This document shows, in pieces, positions 8,901-9,270 of a stretch of 9,270 bases of DNA (the stretch's first letter is position 1; every line of letters starts with the position of its first letter). The stretch lies in the NCBI GenBank assembly GCA_000388065.2, contig KB932205.1, one strand, 5' to 3'. The position numbers and the translations under genes were made by a program. The notes under the pieces were generated by a model. The model saw only the letters and a list, made by a program, of their open reading frames with translations, did not search any database and was not told the DNA's origin. The DNA is from Fonticula alba ATCC 38817 (Eukaryota; Protista; Nucleariida).

Positions 8901-8920
8901 GGCGGCGGCGGCGGCGGCGG
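8901..8920. repeat. (GGC)6GG trinucleotide repeat
   Basis: Read directly from the sequence. Confidence 0.9.
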
Positions 8921-9270
8921 TGCGCGCGGCCTCACACCGACGGCAGTGCTGCGACACAGCGCACGGGCTATGGTCGCCATCGGACATTTGTTTTCCCCAA
9001 GGGTAAGGTCGTGTGGCTCGAGACCGGGAGAAAGCACGGGGGGGTGCGTGTGTGGCGTGTGCGAGGCAGGTGCCCCGGGGTCTGCTCGGTGCTGGCGCAA
9101 GTGAGCGCGAGCTGGAGACGCCGAGGGACCATGGTGTGACTGGCGCGGCGCCCCCGCCCGTCCCCCCCCCCCCGTGCCTGGGCCAGGGCCTCGGCGCGGC
9201 TGGCCAGCCGGGCGCGCGCCCCAGTCTGGCGGACTCGGTGCCGGTCTCTTCTCGCCTGTGGGGGGGGGGG

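Noticed and set aside
8303-9139. ORFs 8303-9139, 8635-9006, 8409-8867, 8816-9100 and a possible first exon ATG 8970 to GTAAGG 9003
   Set aside because: Low-complexity translations of trinucleotide repeats, with weak codon bias and no homology. A lone ATG and donor pair is not enough evidence.

Overview
Very GC-rich, intron-containing eukaryotic genomic DNA with two assembly gaps (N at 4119-4153 and 7413-7520), poly-C/poly-G tracts and intronic microsatellites. The style suggests a GC-rich protist or unicellular opisthokont such as a nucleariid like Fonticula; this is an unverified inference. Three spliced genes can be reconstructed. (1) + strand, 5'-partial class III nucleotide cyclase, most likely a transmembrane-type adenylyl cyclase. 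Exons are 176-289, 414-490, 697-3828, 4212-4462 and 4636-5205 (or 4636-5192 plus 5470-5530). Its catalytic domain is a C2-type half-site, and it is split by a ~960-aa low-complexity insertion carrying nine PKA-type motifs. (2) - strand CCDC137-like nucleolar protein, exons 7277-7201, 7017-6420 and 6086-5691, 356 aa. (3) + strand COMMD2-like protein, with the COMM domain in exons ~8035-8164 and 8288-8412 and the 5' end lost in or near the gap. Most long ORFs in the supplied track are GC-bias or microsatellite artefacts. No rRNA, tRNA, CRISPR array or mobile element is supported.
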